Of a stretch of 64,000 nt of DNA, positions 30,339-40,838 are shown in pieces (positions within the stretch are counted from its first letter, which is position 1; every line of letters starts with the position of its first letter). Source of the stretch: Coraliomargarita sp. GTDB taxonomy: Bacteria > Verrucomicrobiota > Verrucomicrobiia > Opitutales > Coraliomargaritaceae. A program made the position numbers and the translations under genes. Below the pieces are notes generated by a model, which made no database searches, had not been told where the DNA came from, and saw nothing but the letters and a program-made list of their open reading frames with translations. The stretch lies in assembly GCA_965216325.1 (NCBI GenBank), contig OZ244160.1, positions 2,816,001-2,880,000 of the forward strand. Direction: 5' to 3'.

Positions 30339-32230
30339 GTATGCCCGGCATGTTGATAAACTAATATGGTTAAAGTCCATTGTGAGAGCCCTGAATAACA
30401 ACTCAATCACTAGAGAAGCACAAGTGCGGAATCGTGAGGTTTCGTGCGGAAGCAGTGTGGATCAAACCGACGAGCCGATGTATAAGAACGTCATAGGAGG
30501 CACAGAGGACGGGCGAGCGGGCCCAGGATCGCGAAGCCCATCAGGTCAGATCCGATGTGTAAATGGCGCGGTTGTGTCGGGGCAGTGTATCAACTTATCC
30601 GGGGAGGCCTCTATCTGTGGCGAGCGTGAGCTTCAATGTGCTCACTCAAGCGCTTGCAGCGGTGACAGCAATGCCGTCGCTGTCACGGATGGAGGAGTCA
30701 GCAAAGGGCATAGTAGCCGCGGCGACGAGCCTGCCAGTGGCAGGATGGACTCACGAAGCGGTGAAGGCCCGCACTACGCATGGCAACCGGACTTGCCTCT
30801 GGAGCCCACCCATAAACGCCGGATGGCGCGCGGGCACGGGAATCCGGAGCAATACAGCCAGTTGCAAGCCGAGCTATTGGAGGCGATCTTCAGTAGCACC
30901 AACCTCGAAGCGGCCTATGGTCGTGTCAAAGCCAATGGCGGAGCCGCTGGTGTAGACGGCATTAGCTGGGCCGAGTTTACGGAATGGTTCATCCCGCGCC
31001 GTGAAGGTCTGCTGCGCCGCTTGCATCTGGGTAACTACCGCCCGAGTGCGGTGCGTCGTTGCTACATCCCAAAATCGAACGGCAAGAAACGCCCTTTGGG
31101 CGTGCCGAACCTGTTCGATCGGATCGTGCAACAAGCGATCCACCAAGTGCTCAGCCCGATGCTGGAGCCTTCGTTCAGCGAGCATAGTTTCGGGTTCCGC
31201 CCCAAGCGCGGCGGCCAACAGGCCGTCCGCGCCCTGCACGGGCACATCCGCAGCGGCTATCGCTGGGCAATCGACATCGACCTGAAGTCGTTCTTCGACA
31301 CAGTCCCGCACGCGCGTGCGTTGGAAGCACTACGCAATCGCCTCGGTGGGGATGGCCCCGTCGTGCGGTTGATTAAGCGCTACTTGGAAGCGGGCTATGT
31401 CGAACTGGACCAGTTCCACGAAACGGTCGAAGGTATGCCACAGGGCGGGCCCTTGAGTCCCTTGCTGTCGAATCTGGTGCTGGATGCACTGGATAAGGAA
31501 CTGGAGGCTCGGGGGCACCACTTCGTGCGCTACGCCGACGACTTTGTCGTGGTCGTTCAAAGCGAACGCGCTGCCAAGCGCGTCTTCTCCAGCATCTGCG
31601 ACTTCGTCGAGGGCGAGCTGGGGCTGACGGTCAACCGTGAGAAAAGCGCGGTGCGCCCGGTGCGTGAACTGAGCTACTTAGGCTTCAGTTTCCGTCAGGC
31701 CAAGATCGTGGTCAGTGCGCAGGCACTGGCCGAGTTCAAGTATCGTCTCAAGTGTTTCAGCTGTCGAAGCTGGAGCGTGTCGATGGACTACCGCCTGTAT
31801 CAGCTTCGTCAATACGCTCGAGGTTGGATGGGCTATTACGGCCTGTCCGAAGTTTACAGCGTGTGGCTGTCGATAGACAAGTGGCTTCGCAGGCGAGTTC
31901 GCATGTGCTACTGGCGCATGTGGAAACGCCCGCGACGTCGCTATCTCAATCTGGTGAAAATTGGCTCCAATAGTAAGTTTGCTGGTGGCTTTGCTAAAAG
32001 CTCAAAGGGCTACTGGCGTCTGGCTCAAGCGCTGGGCACACAAACGGCAATGAGCAATCAATGGCTAGAGGAACAAGGCCTGATCAACATCAGGCAACAA
32101 TGGTGGAGTTTAAAGCTCCTGCGTATAACCGCCTTAAAACAGACTGCGTAACACTGTGATCAGTCTGGCTGCGGACCCGCACGGCAGGTGGTGTGAGAGC
32201 CGGGGGACTTAGGGCCCTCGGCTACTCGAT
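30339..32230 (+). mobile_element. Intron 2: full-length group IIC-type intron (1892 nt) inserted in attC
   Basis: GTATG 5' end, RT/maturase ORF, modified D5, and D6 ending GGCTACTCGAT. Confidence 0.93.
30823..32151 (+). CDS. ltrA: Group II intron reverse transcriptase/maturase; no endonuclease domain seen; start uncertain
   Basis: NGGAAGVDG, RPLGVPNLFDRIVQQA, SFGFRP, DLKSFFD, PQGGPLSPLLSN, RYADDF, GWMGYY. Confidence 0.93.
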   Translation: MARGHGNPEQYSQLQAELLEAIFSSTNLEAAYGRVKANGGAAGVDGISWAEFTEWFIPRREGLLRRLHLGNYRPSAVRRCYIPKSNGKKRPLGVPNLFDRIVQQAIHQVLSPMLEPSFSEHSFGFRPKRGGQQAVRALHGHIRSGYRWAIDIDLKSFFDTVPHARALEALRNRLGGDGPVVRLIKRYLEAGYVELDQFHETVEGMPQGGPLSPLLSNLVLDALDKELEARGHHFVRYADDFVVVVQSERAAKRVFSSICDFVEGELGLTVNREKSAVRPVRELSYLGFSFRQAKIVVSAQALAEFKYRLKCFSCRSWSVSMDYRLYQLRQYARGWMGYYGLSEVYSVWLSIDKWLRRRVRMCYWRMWKRPRRRYLNLVKIGSNSKFAGGFAKSSKGYWRLAQALGTQTAMSNQWLEEQGLINIRQQWWSLKLLRITALKQTA

Positions 32231-32236
32231 TTCGAC

Positions 32237-32914
32237 CTATTTTAGTTTTATCGTCGGGGTGCCCTCTAGGTCGAAAATGACTAGATAAATTTCTTTTCGA
32301 TGGTCTCCTTCTACTATCTCAAGCTTTTCAAGTAGAGCTTCATCGGAAAATGTTAATCTGAAAGCGTGGCTGCTTGGCATTGTGACTATGACAACATTCT
32401 CATTTTCATTTTCTATGTCTCCGCCTAAGGAGGTAAGTTTCTCAGTGAGGTATTCTCTTTTTCTTCCCAACTGAATGTAGTCATTGCCGATGGGTGACCT
32501 ATTCGCTTGGACTGCTAGTTTAAAGCCATCCTGCTTCATCAGAAGAAGTTCAGCCCCACTTCTTCTACCGTTTTCTTTTATTACATAGTATCGAACGTAG
32601 TAGACATCTTTGTGAGCAAGAGATTTTTCAGATGGCAGTATGTGAATCTCTGACAGATCAGATGCTTTCAAAACGGTTCTCCACGCTGACTCAGGTTTCT
32701 TATTCGATGGCCATTCAATCCAAGTTCTACTGAAGTATGGTTCTAGCTTTTCATACTCTTTATTGTAAGCGGCAGTCAGAATTTTTATCGCGACATGATC
32801 GGGTGATCCTGGCTCAACATCATATTCTGTAATGCTCACTGGTGTCGGGCGAGCGGATACGCTGTTTATGCATGCTAAGAGAATGCTGAATGATACAATG
32901 ATTTTCTTTTTCAT
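32237..32914 (-). CDS. Cassette 4: secreted hypothetical protein
   Basis: MKKKIIVSFSILLACINSVSA signal peptide; ATG 7 nt from the core site; AT-rich. Confidence 0.8.
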   Translation of the reverse strand: MKKKIIVSFSILLACINSVSARPTPVSITEYDVEPGSPDHVAIKILTAAYNKEYEKLEPYFSRTWIEWPSNKKPESAWRTVLKASDLSEIHILPSEKSLAHKDVYYVRYYVIKENGRRSGAELLLMKQDGFKLAVQANRSPIGNDYIQLGRKREYLTEKLTSLGGDIENENENVVIVTMPSSHAFRLTFSDEALLEKLEIVEGDHRKEIYLVIFDLEGTPTIKLK

Positions 32915-32920
32915 TTTTTC

Positions 32921-32977
32921 GTCGAACGTGGAGGACGGGCGCGGCTTCAGCCGTTGTCCCGCTCCGACTTGATCTGC
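32921..32977 (-). other. attC site of cassette 3, with a non-canonical GAT R'' box
   Basis: GTCGAAC-GTGGA-GGA CGGGC GCGGC ttca GCCGT TGT CCCG c TCC-GACTT-GATCTGC; GATCTGC is complementary to GCAGATC at 33557. Confidence 0.85.
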
Positions 32978-33549
32978 TTTGTTTTTTCTATGGATTCGTG
33001 AATATATGCAGGCGCACTGTCTGGCACATCTGAAGCACGAACAAGACGATACCGAATCCAATTTGAACTCTCTGCTTCTCGTTGGGCCTCCTCGTCCACA
33101 AAGGACTGAAAATGAATTCCGGAAGCAGTTAATCCGATAGTGGTTTCGGCGAAACGTAGGATGTAATCTTTAGGGCTAACCTTCCCTGTCGGCCAACCAC
33201 TGCTTTTACTATATAGTTCACTTTGAAGTGGTATTGTTATCGTCGATTTATGGTCTACATCATCAACGAGAATCTTTATTTCATTTGCATCACTGTTTGC
33301 TAAAAATTTGACGCTGCCGCTAGGGGCGGGTGCTTGGAAAGCACTGAACCAATCGCTTCGCCCATCGGACTTCTCTTTCACGAAAAAGTAAAGCTCTTGG
33401 GTCTGGTATGATTCAATCGGCAAATCCATCTCGGCGGGAACGAAGTGAAGTGCACGTGCAAGATCAGATGCCGAAACGATTTCTTTTTCTTTGTTACAGC
33501 CGATTGATAGCAAAACGGCCAAGCCTAATATCACGTTGGTTACTTTCAT
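32947..33549 (-). CDS. Cassette 3: hypothetical lipoprotein
   Basis: MKVTNVILGLAVLLSIGC lipobox; the ORF reads into its attC and stops in the hairpin loop. Confidence 0.8.
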   Translation of the reverse strand: MKVTNVILGLAVLLSIGCNKEKEIVSASDLARALHFVPAEMDLPIESYQTQELYFFVKEKSDGRSDWFSAFQAPAPSGSVKFLANSDANEIKILVDDVDHKSTITIPLQSELYSKSSGWPTGKVSPKDYILRFAETTIGLTASGIHFQSFVDEEAQREAESSNWIRYRLVRASDVPDSAPAYIHESIEKTKQIKSERDNG

Positions 33550-33556
33550 TTTATTC

Positions 33557-33616
33557 GCAGATCGTAAAGAGGGGTAACTAGTGGGCGCAGCACACTAGTT
33601 GACCCTCTCGCCTGGT
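33557..33616 (-). other. attC site of cassette 2, split by intron 3 (remaining TCGCA at 35523-35527)
   Basis: GCAGATC-GTAAA-GAG GGGT AACTAGTG...CACTAGTT G ACCC t CTC-GCCTG-GT|TCGCA. Confidence 0.88.
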
Positions 33617-35522
33617 GTGTGCCGAGCATGCGCTCGATGTAAAAGTGGTTAAAGTCCGCTATAGTAAGAACCTAATCATAAAATGAAAGAACTATTACCA
33701 GATGCCAAGGGCGTTGTCGTGAGGCAGGGTCTGAAGGAAGGCTATGGGAAAGCTGCGAGCTGATGAACAAAAACTGCATAGAAGGCCGACGTGGTCTGGT
33801 GAGCTGGCACCACACAGCGAAACCGCTAGGTTCAGCCACGCAGGTAAATGCAGCAGTTGTGCAGCGGAGCATCGAGTGCTTACCTCGGGAGGCCTCAGCG
33901 AGTGGCATGGGTTGGCTTAAAGGTGTCAATCAAGCCCATGCACCTGAGTCAGTAATGACACAGGCGGCACTGGTTGAGGATTCAGCAGCGAGCATAGTAG
34001 TCATGGAACCGCGAGCCATGAGTAGGTCGATAGGCCGAAGAGCATGGAGGTCTCGAACGTGATGAAGGCTCAAACCGTATATGGGCAGTCCGACCCGCAG
34101 GCAGGTTCACCTCTCACTGGCACAGACCCGTGTCGAGAGCTGGGCGATGTTTGTGCAGGGAAGCATGGGGCTGCCGAGCAAGAACTACTGGAGTTGATGC
34201 TGGACCGCGCTAATCTGAACGCAGCTTGGCGGCGTGTGCGCAGCAACGGTGGAGCTTCTGGCATCGACGGTATGTCGATCGAGGACTTTCTGCCGTTTGC
34301 GCGCGAGCACTGGTCACGGATCGAGACTCAACTGAAAGAGGGAACCTACCAGCCAGCCGCGGTGCGCCGCGTCTGGATACCGAAGGACAATGGGGAGAAG
34401 CGCCCACTGGGCATCCCCACGGTGTTGGATCGTGTGATCCAGCAAGCCATCGCTCAGGTAATTGCGCCGATCTTTGAGGCACAGTTCAGTGAGCACAGCT
34501 TCGGCTTTCGTCCAGAACGCCGAGCCCATGACGCAGTCAAGTCGATCCAAAGCGCAGCCACTGAAGGTCACGTGTACGCGGTCGATTGTGACCTGAAGTC
34601 ATTCTTCGACACGGTCGATCATCGTGAATTGATGCAGCGTCTAGCGCGCCGGATCAAAGACGGGCGCGTGCTGCGCCTGATCTACCGCTACCTGAAAGCA
34701 GGCATCCGCTTGCCCGATGGCAACACCGAGGCAACCGCCGAGGGGGTGCCACAGGGGGGACCGCTCAGTCCGCTACTGGCCAATATCATGCTCGATGACC
34801 TCGACCATGAACTCGAACAACGCGGGCACCGTTTCGCACGCTACGCCGACGATTTTGTTATCGTCGTCCAAAGCAAGCGAGCGGCTGAGCGCGTGATGCA
34901 CAGCATCAGTGGCTTCATCGAAGCGAAGCTCAAACTGATCGTGAATCGCGAGAAAACGAAGGCGGGTCGGCTGACACAGTGCAGCTTCCTCGGATTCGTG
35001 ATCTCGCCCAAGCGTATCCGCTGCTTGGATACCAAACTGCACACGTTCAAGAAGACCATCCGTCAAATCACCTGTCGCAGTTGGGGCATCTCCATGGAGG
35101 AACGCCTCGAACGTCTACGACTGTATGTGAATGGCTGGCTGGGTTACTTCGCTATCGGTGTGCCGTTCAAGGATATCCGCAGCATGGATCAATGGCTACG
35201 AAGGCGTGTGCGCTTGTGCTACTGGAAACAGTGGCGTTTACCGCGCACGCGCTACCGCAAGCTACGCGCGCTTGGGATCAACCCGAAGACGATTAAGCAG
35301 GCTAGTCGTTGTCGAAAAGGCTACTGGCGCTGCAGCAAACTGCGAGTGGTCAGTATCGCGATGAACAACCAATGGCTCGCCGAACAAGGCTGCCCCTCAA
35401 TCAAAGAACAGTGGCTCAAACTCTGCTATCCAAACGGATAGCTCTAACGGAACCGCCGTGCTACGGAGCCGTATGGCCGGTGGTGTGGGGGCGGGAGTCA
35501 GTGATGGCTCCCGCTACCCGAT
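33617..35522 (+). mobile_element. Intron 3: full-length group IIC-attC intron (1906 nt) of a second lineage
   Basis: Canonical GTGTG start; short class-C D5 ACCGCCG t GC TACG gagc CGTA tg GC CGGTGGT; ends CGCTACCCGAT; inserted at GT|T. Confidence 0.93.
34044..35441 (+). CDS. ltrA: Group II intron reverse transcriptase/maturase; start uncertain
   Basis: NGGASGIDG, RPLGIPTVLDRVIQQA, DLKSFFD, PQGGPLSPLLAN, RYADDF, GWLGYF. Confidence 0.95.
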   Translation: MEVSNVMKAQTVYGQSDPQAGSPLTGTDPCRELGDVCAGKHGAAEQELLELMLDRANLNAAWRRVRSNGGASGIDGMSIEDFLPFAREHWSRIETQLKEGTYQPAAVRRVWIPKDNGEKRPLGIPTVLDRVIQQAIAQVIAPIFEAQFSEHSFGFRPERRAHDAVKSIQSAATEGHVYAVDCDLKSFFDTVDHRELMQRLARRIKDGRVLRLIYRYLKAGIRLPDGNTEATAEGVPQGGPLSPLLANIMLDDLDHELEQRGHRFARYADDFVIVVQSKRAAERVMHSISGFIEAKLKLIVNREKTKAGRLTQCSFLGFVISPKRIRCLDTKLHTFKKTIRQITCRSWGISMEERLERLRLYVNGWLGYFAIGVPFKDIRSMDQWLRRRVRLCYWKQWRLPRTRYRKLRALGINPKTIKQASRCRKGYWRCSKLRVVSIAMNNQWLAEQGCPSIKEQWLKLCYPNG

Positions 35523-35592
35523 TCGCATTTTGGGCTCCGCCAACAGATCAACTTCAGACTACTACAATTTGATTCAATTTAGCGTGTGAAAA

Positions 35593-36454
35593 TTAGAAGA
35601 AATCATCGACGGCCTGGTCTTCTTTAGCCTCTTCCTGAGCTTTTCTCTGTTCCATTTTATTAATTAAGTCTTCCTCGGCTCCTTTAAAGAGTGGGGTCGA
35701 ATGAGTCAGCAGGTATATTTCCTCGATGTTACGGGAATTCACTTTTTCCCATAGGGCATCGATCATAGCTCGGACTTCGGGCATAGTGTTGTAAGCTGAT
35801 CTGTCTACATTCATATTTCGCATCATCTTATCTTTGGTGAGGCCCTCTTTTGCACTCTCTGATAAATTACCGTAAATTTTAGAATAGATAACTCGACCGT
35901 AATTGGTGCTATTCGAATGTGTTACACGAGTTTGAAAACCATCTATTCTTTCCTCCTTGCTCTCATCGAGCTTACCAAACCTCTTGCGAATCGCTGCGTC
36001 CATTTTAGGTTCAAGATCGATATCAACTTTTTTAATTACCCCGAAAAACCGATTATTTATGGATAGAACTGTTGAACCGTCATGTTGGATCGCAGTGATA
36101 TAATTTCTGATCTCACTTAATTGAGGAAATGCTTTCAAGATGTCTGCGTCTAATTTATTGAGTGATACGTTAGGCAACTGATAGGAATCTAGCTGGGTTT
36201 TCTGATATATCTTGAGGAAATCTTCGATCGGAATTCCCCAGGGAATATCTTTATACCCTTTGTAAACGGACGAATCTGCAGTGACATGATTTTTGACTAG
36301 TTCATCAATTGCGGCTTTGGACTTTTGCTCTTGTCGCTCAATCTCAGCCTTACGCTCCTCTTCGGCAATGCGTCGCTCTTCCGCTTTGCGGGCTTCCTCA
36401 GCCTTACGCTCCTCTTCGGCAATGCGTCGCTCTTCCGCTTTGCGGGCTTCCTCA
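35593..36454 (-). pseudogene. Cassette 2: 5'-truncated hypothetical gene fused to the intron 4 fragment
   Basis: AT-rich ORF; sequence beyond 36454 is the antisense of an RT gene; its expected start core site (TGCGAAC on +) is absent. Confidence 0.75.
36343..36454. repeat. 54-bp exact tandem repeat (two copies plus CTCA) encoding EARKAEERRIAEEERKAE
   Basis: CTCAGCCTTACGCTCCTCTTCGGCAATGCGTCGCTCTTCCGCTTTGCGGGCTTC at 36343 and 36397. Confidence 0.92.
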
Positions 36455-36925
36455 CCCGTCGCAACTGGAGTGTGAGTATGGAGTATCGTCTGTATCAGAT
36501 CCGCCAATACGTGCGGGGCTGGATGGGCTACTTCGGACTCAGTGAAAACTCCAGTTTATGGATCTGGATTGACCGCTGGCTTCGCAGGCGAGTTCGCATG
36601 TGCTACTGGCGCATGTGGAAACGCCCGCGACGTCGCTATCTCAATCTGGTGAAAATTGGCTCCAATAGTAAGTTTGCTGGTGGCTTTGCTAAAAGCTCAA
36701 AGGGCTACTGGCGTCTGGCTCAAGCGCTGGGCACACAAACGGCAATGAGCAATCAATGGCTAGAGGAACAAGGCCTGATCAACATCAGGCAACAATGGTG
36801 GAGTTTAAAGCTCCTGCGTATAACCGCCTTAAAACAGACTGCGTAACACTGTGATCAGTCTGGCTGCGGACCCGCACGGCAGGTGGTGTGAGAGCCGGGG
36901 GACTTAGTGCCCTCGGCTACTCGAT
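36451..36925 (+). mobile_element. Intron 4: 5'-deleted group II intron fragment (maturase C-terminus plus D5/D6)
   Basis: LTRRNWSVSMEYRLYQIRQYVRGWMGYF...TALKQTA. 36577-36925 matches 31882-32230 apart from one base I saw in D6. Followed by TTCTGC, the remnant R'' of cassette 1. Confidence 0.9.
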
Positions 36926-37293
36926 TTCTGCCTCCAGGCGGTTAGTGTGTCGATTTGCTCTAACGTGTGTTTGTTGGTATCCCAAACTGGAGTGAAAAGT
37001 GAGATTCTATTTGGAATAAGTGGCACGACATAAATATGGATAGATGAATTCTCATCTTCTTTATATCTAATGTCGATATAGTTGAAAGTCTTTGGCTTCG
37101 CCGTCCTAGGAAAGGTTCCGAGTTCGATAGATTCTATTTTTTCTTTTTCTATCCTAAGGTTTAGCCTTCCTGATGTGCATTCGATCGAATCTGGGTTGAT
37201 TCTGAACTTTCCTTTACTTTCATAAACCCAGAACCATCTGCCAACGAAAGATGCGTTATGTTCAGGTGTGGAGAAGAATGCTTTAAATTCCAT
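36904..37293 (-). CDS. Cassette 1: hypothetical protein; its last residues and stop codon come from the intron antisense strand
   Basis: 129-aa AT-rich ORF; ATG 8 nt from the attI core. Confidence 0.75.
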   Translation of the reverse strand: MEFKAFFSTPEHNASFVGRWFWVYESKGKFRINPDSIECTSGRLNLRIEKEKIESIELGTFPRTAKPKTFNYIDIRYKEDENSSIHIYVVPLIPNRISLFTPVWDTNKHTLEQIDTLTAWRQKSSSRGH

Positions 37294-37300
37294 TTCTTTC

Positions 37301-37335
37301 GCAGAACAGTGTTATGTAACGGACTCAGTCCGTGA
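37301..37335 (-). other. Putative attI site
   Basis: Minus strand ...TTACATA-ACACT-GTTCTGC; not part of an attC hairpin; lies between the first cassette and intI. Confidence 0.7.
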
Positions 37336-37690
37336 TTAGCTGGTTTAGGGATTTGTAAAAAACTTACGTTTTTTGATTTAAGTGATCTTGTTAGGGGGCT
37401 TTACACCAGTAGTAGAGGTGGATTGGAATCGAGTGATGGTTTTGAGGTAAGTCAAAATGTGAAATGGCGGCAAGGTTTGTTTCCTCAAAATCATGCATTC
37501 GTGGGCTTTTTTTGGGCAAATGTATGATTTGCTTGTTTTGTGATGTGGTGGTTTGTGTGGTCGGCCTGTTGTAGGGTGTTGATTGCTAGATGTTTGTGTG
37601 TGTTGCGGGGCGGTTTTGAGTGGTTTGGGTCTCCTCAAAAACATGCATTCAAATGTGAGTCTGCGAGTTGAATAATGAACTGATGTTTAC

Positions 37691-39016
37691 ATGTTGGGGT
37701 GTATGAAAACAGTTCATTTTCCACGTTGGGCGGAGGTCTTGCGCGAATCCTCTTTAGGGGAGGAGTTGCGTTCGAGTTATAAGGTCACGATTCGCTGGTA
37801 TTTGAGTTGGTGTGCCAAGCAGCATATCGGCTGTTCGGTTGAGTCGGCGCGTGCCTTTGTTGATTGGGCAATCAATGAGAAGCAACCTAAAGATTGGGTC
37901 ATTAGCCGTTGGCAGGCTGCGATTCGCTGGTTCTTCGTGACAGCAAAGGAGCAGGCGGCACCAGGGGGCGGAGTGAGTCAGGAGCAGAGTGGGGACGCTC
38001 CTGCGCTAACTGCACTGGAGCGGCGAGATTTGGAGGCGGAAGAGCGGGTTGAGGCGGCGAACGACGATGAAGGGCGGATTTTAGCGGTGATGCGACGACG
38101 CGGGATGGCTCTGCGAACTGAGCGGGCCTATTTGGGGCACTATCGTAGTTTTGTGCGCCAGTCGGGTTTGGTGGATGGCTGTTTGATGTCGGCTTCGATG
38201 GTTAAGCGCTACTTGGATTATTTGGCGATGGAGCGTGCAGTGGCGTCCTCGACGCAGAAGGGGGCGCTCAATGCCTTGGTGTTCATCGCACAGGCTGTTT
38301 TCGGCATTGAACTGGGGGATATTGGTGACTTTGTGCGCGCGAAGAATCGGAGGCGTATTCCGGTGGTGATGACTAAGGAGGAGTTGCGTTTGTTCTTTCA
38401 GCAATTGAGCGGTGAGAAGCTATTGATGGCCCGGGTGCAATATGCGGCCGGCTTGCGTGTCTCCGATCTATGCCGTTTGCGTGTGCAGGATTTGGATCTG
38501 CAGCGTAATCAGTTGGTTGTGCGCTGTGGTAAGGGGCACAAGGATCGAGTGGCACCCTTACCTGAGTTGTTGAAGTCCGAATTGGAGGCGCAGTTGTCTG
38601 TTGTGCGGAGCCTATTCGATGAAGATTTACAGCGTAGTGATCTTGCGGGGGTTTATCTGCCTGAGGCCTTGGCGCGGCGACACAAGAATGCGGGGCGAGA
38701 TTGGCGTTGGCAATGGGTGTGGCCGAGTCGTAAGATCTCCACGGATCCACGCGGTGGGAAACGTCGTCGGCATCACGTGTTGCCGAATACTTATCAGCGC
38801 ATTGTTCAAGATGCAGGAAAGGACGCTGGGCTGACCAAGCGAATTACGAGTCACACCTTACGGCACAGTTTTGCCACGCACTTACTGGAGGATGGCGTGG
38901 ACATCCGGACGGTGCAGGACTTGCTCGGACACAAGCATATCGAGACGACCCAGATTTACCTGCACGTCATGCAGAAGCCGGGGGCGGGGGTGCGCAGCCC
39001 GCTGGAAACGCTTTGA
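37691..39016 (+). CDS. intI: Integron integrase with an N-terminal extension (start 37691 or 37703)
   Basis: [16 protein letters not shown], the IntI-specific insertion [27 protein letters not shown]...[39 protein letters not shown]. Confidence 0.97.
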   Translation: MLGCMKTVHFPRWAEVLRESSLGEELRSSYKVTIRWYLSWCAKQHIGCSVESARAFVDWAINEKQPKDWVISRWQAAIRWFFVTAKEQAAPGGGVSQEQSGDAPALTALERRDLEAEERVEAANDDEGRILAVMRRRGMALRTERAYLGHYRSFVRQSGLVDGCLMSASMVKRYLDYLAMERAVASSTQKGALNALVFIAQAVFGIELGDIGDFVRAKNRRRIPVVMTKEELRLFFQQLSGEKLLMARVQYAAGLRVSDLCRLRVQDLDLQRNQLVVRCGKGHKDRVAPLPELLKSELEAQLSVVRSLFDEDLQRSDLAGVYLPEALARRHKNAGRDWRWQWVWPSRKISTDPRGGKRRRHHVLPNTYQRIVQDAGKDAGLTKRITSHTLRHSFATHLLEDGVDIRTVQDLLGHKHIETTQIYLHVMQKPGAGVRSPLETL

Positions 39017-39100
39017 GTTGGTCCGTGGCATGGGAGATGCCCGAGTTGCGTTGGCACTGCGGCTCGTTGCGGAAAACGAGCCCTACCTTTGTTTTATAGC

Positions 39101-40735
<1,635 letters not shown>

Positions 40736-40838
40736 ATCTTGTTCAGAGGCCAGATGTCGGAGGACAGAGGCCAGATTTTGAATTGGAATAAAACGTTACT
40801 GAGGTCTGGTCTCTGACCTCTGTTCTCTGGCTTCTGAT

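Noticed and set aside
30233..30406. N-terminal extension of YefM in the ORF track (143 aa)
   Set aside because: It runs across the attC and into intron 2; the family match begins at MNAITY (30232).
32915..33061. N-terminal extension of the cassette 4 gene (274 aa)
   Set aside because: It crosses the attC and overlaps cassette 3; the signal peptide starts at 32914.
30823..35441. Retron, DGR or defence-associated reverse transcriptases
   Set aside because: Both RTs have group II intron motifs, a maturase domain and flanking intron RNA ends. I saw no TR/VR pair with adenine-specific differences and no msr-msd.
36325..36507. Start codons for the 304-aa minus ORF and the 173-aa plus ORF
   Set aside because: Each lies on the wrong side of the 36451-36454 deletion junction, so both are chimeric artefacts.
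37378..37644. 88-aa minus-strand ORF between attI and intI
   Set aside because: Low-complexity product of a G/T-skewed spacer with no protein-like features.
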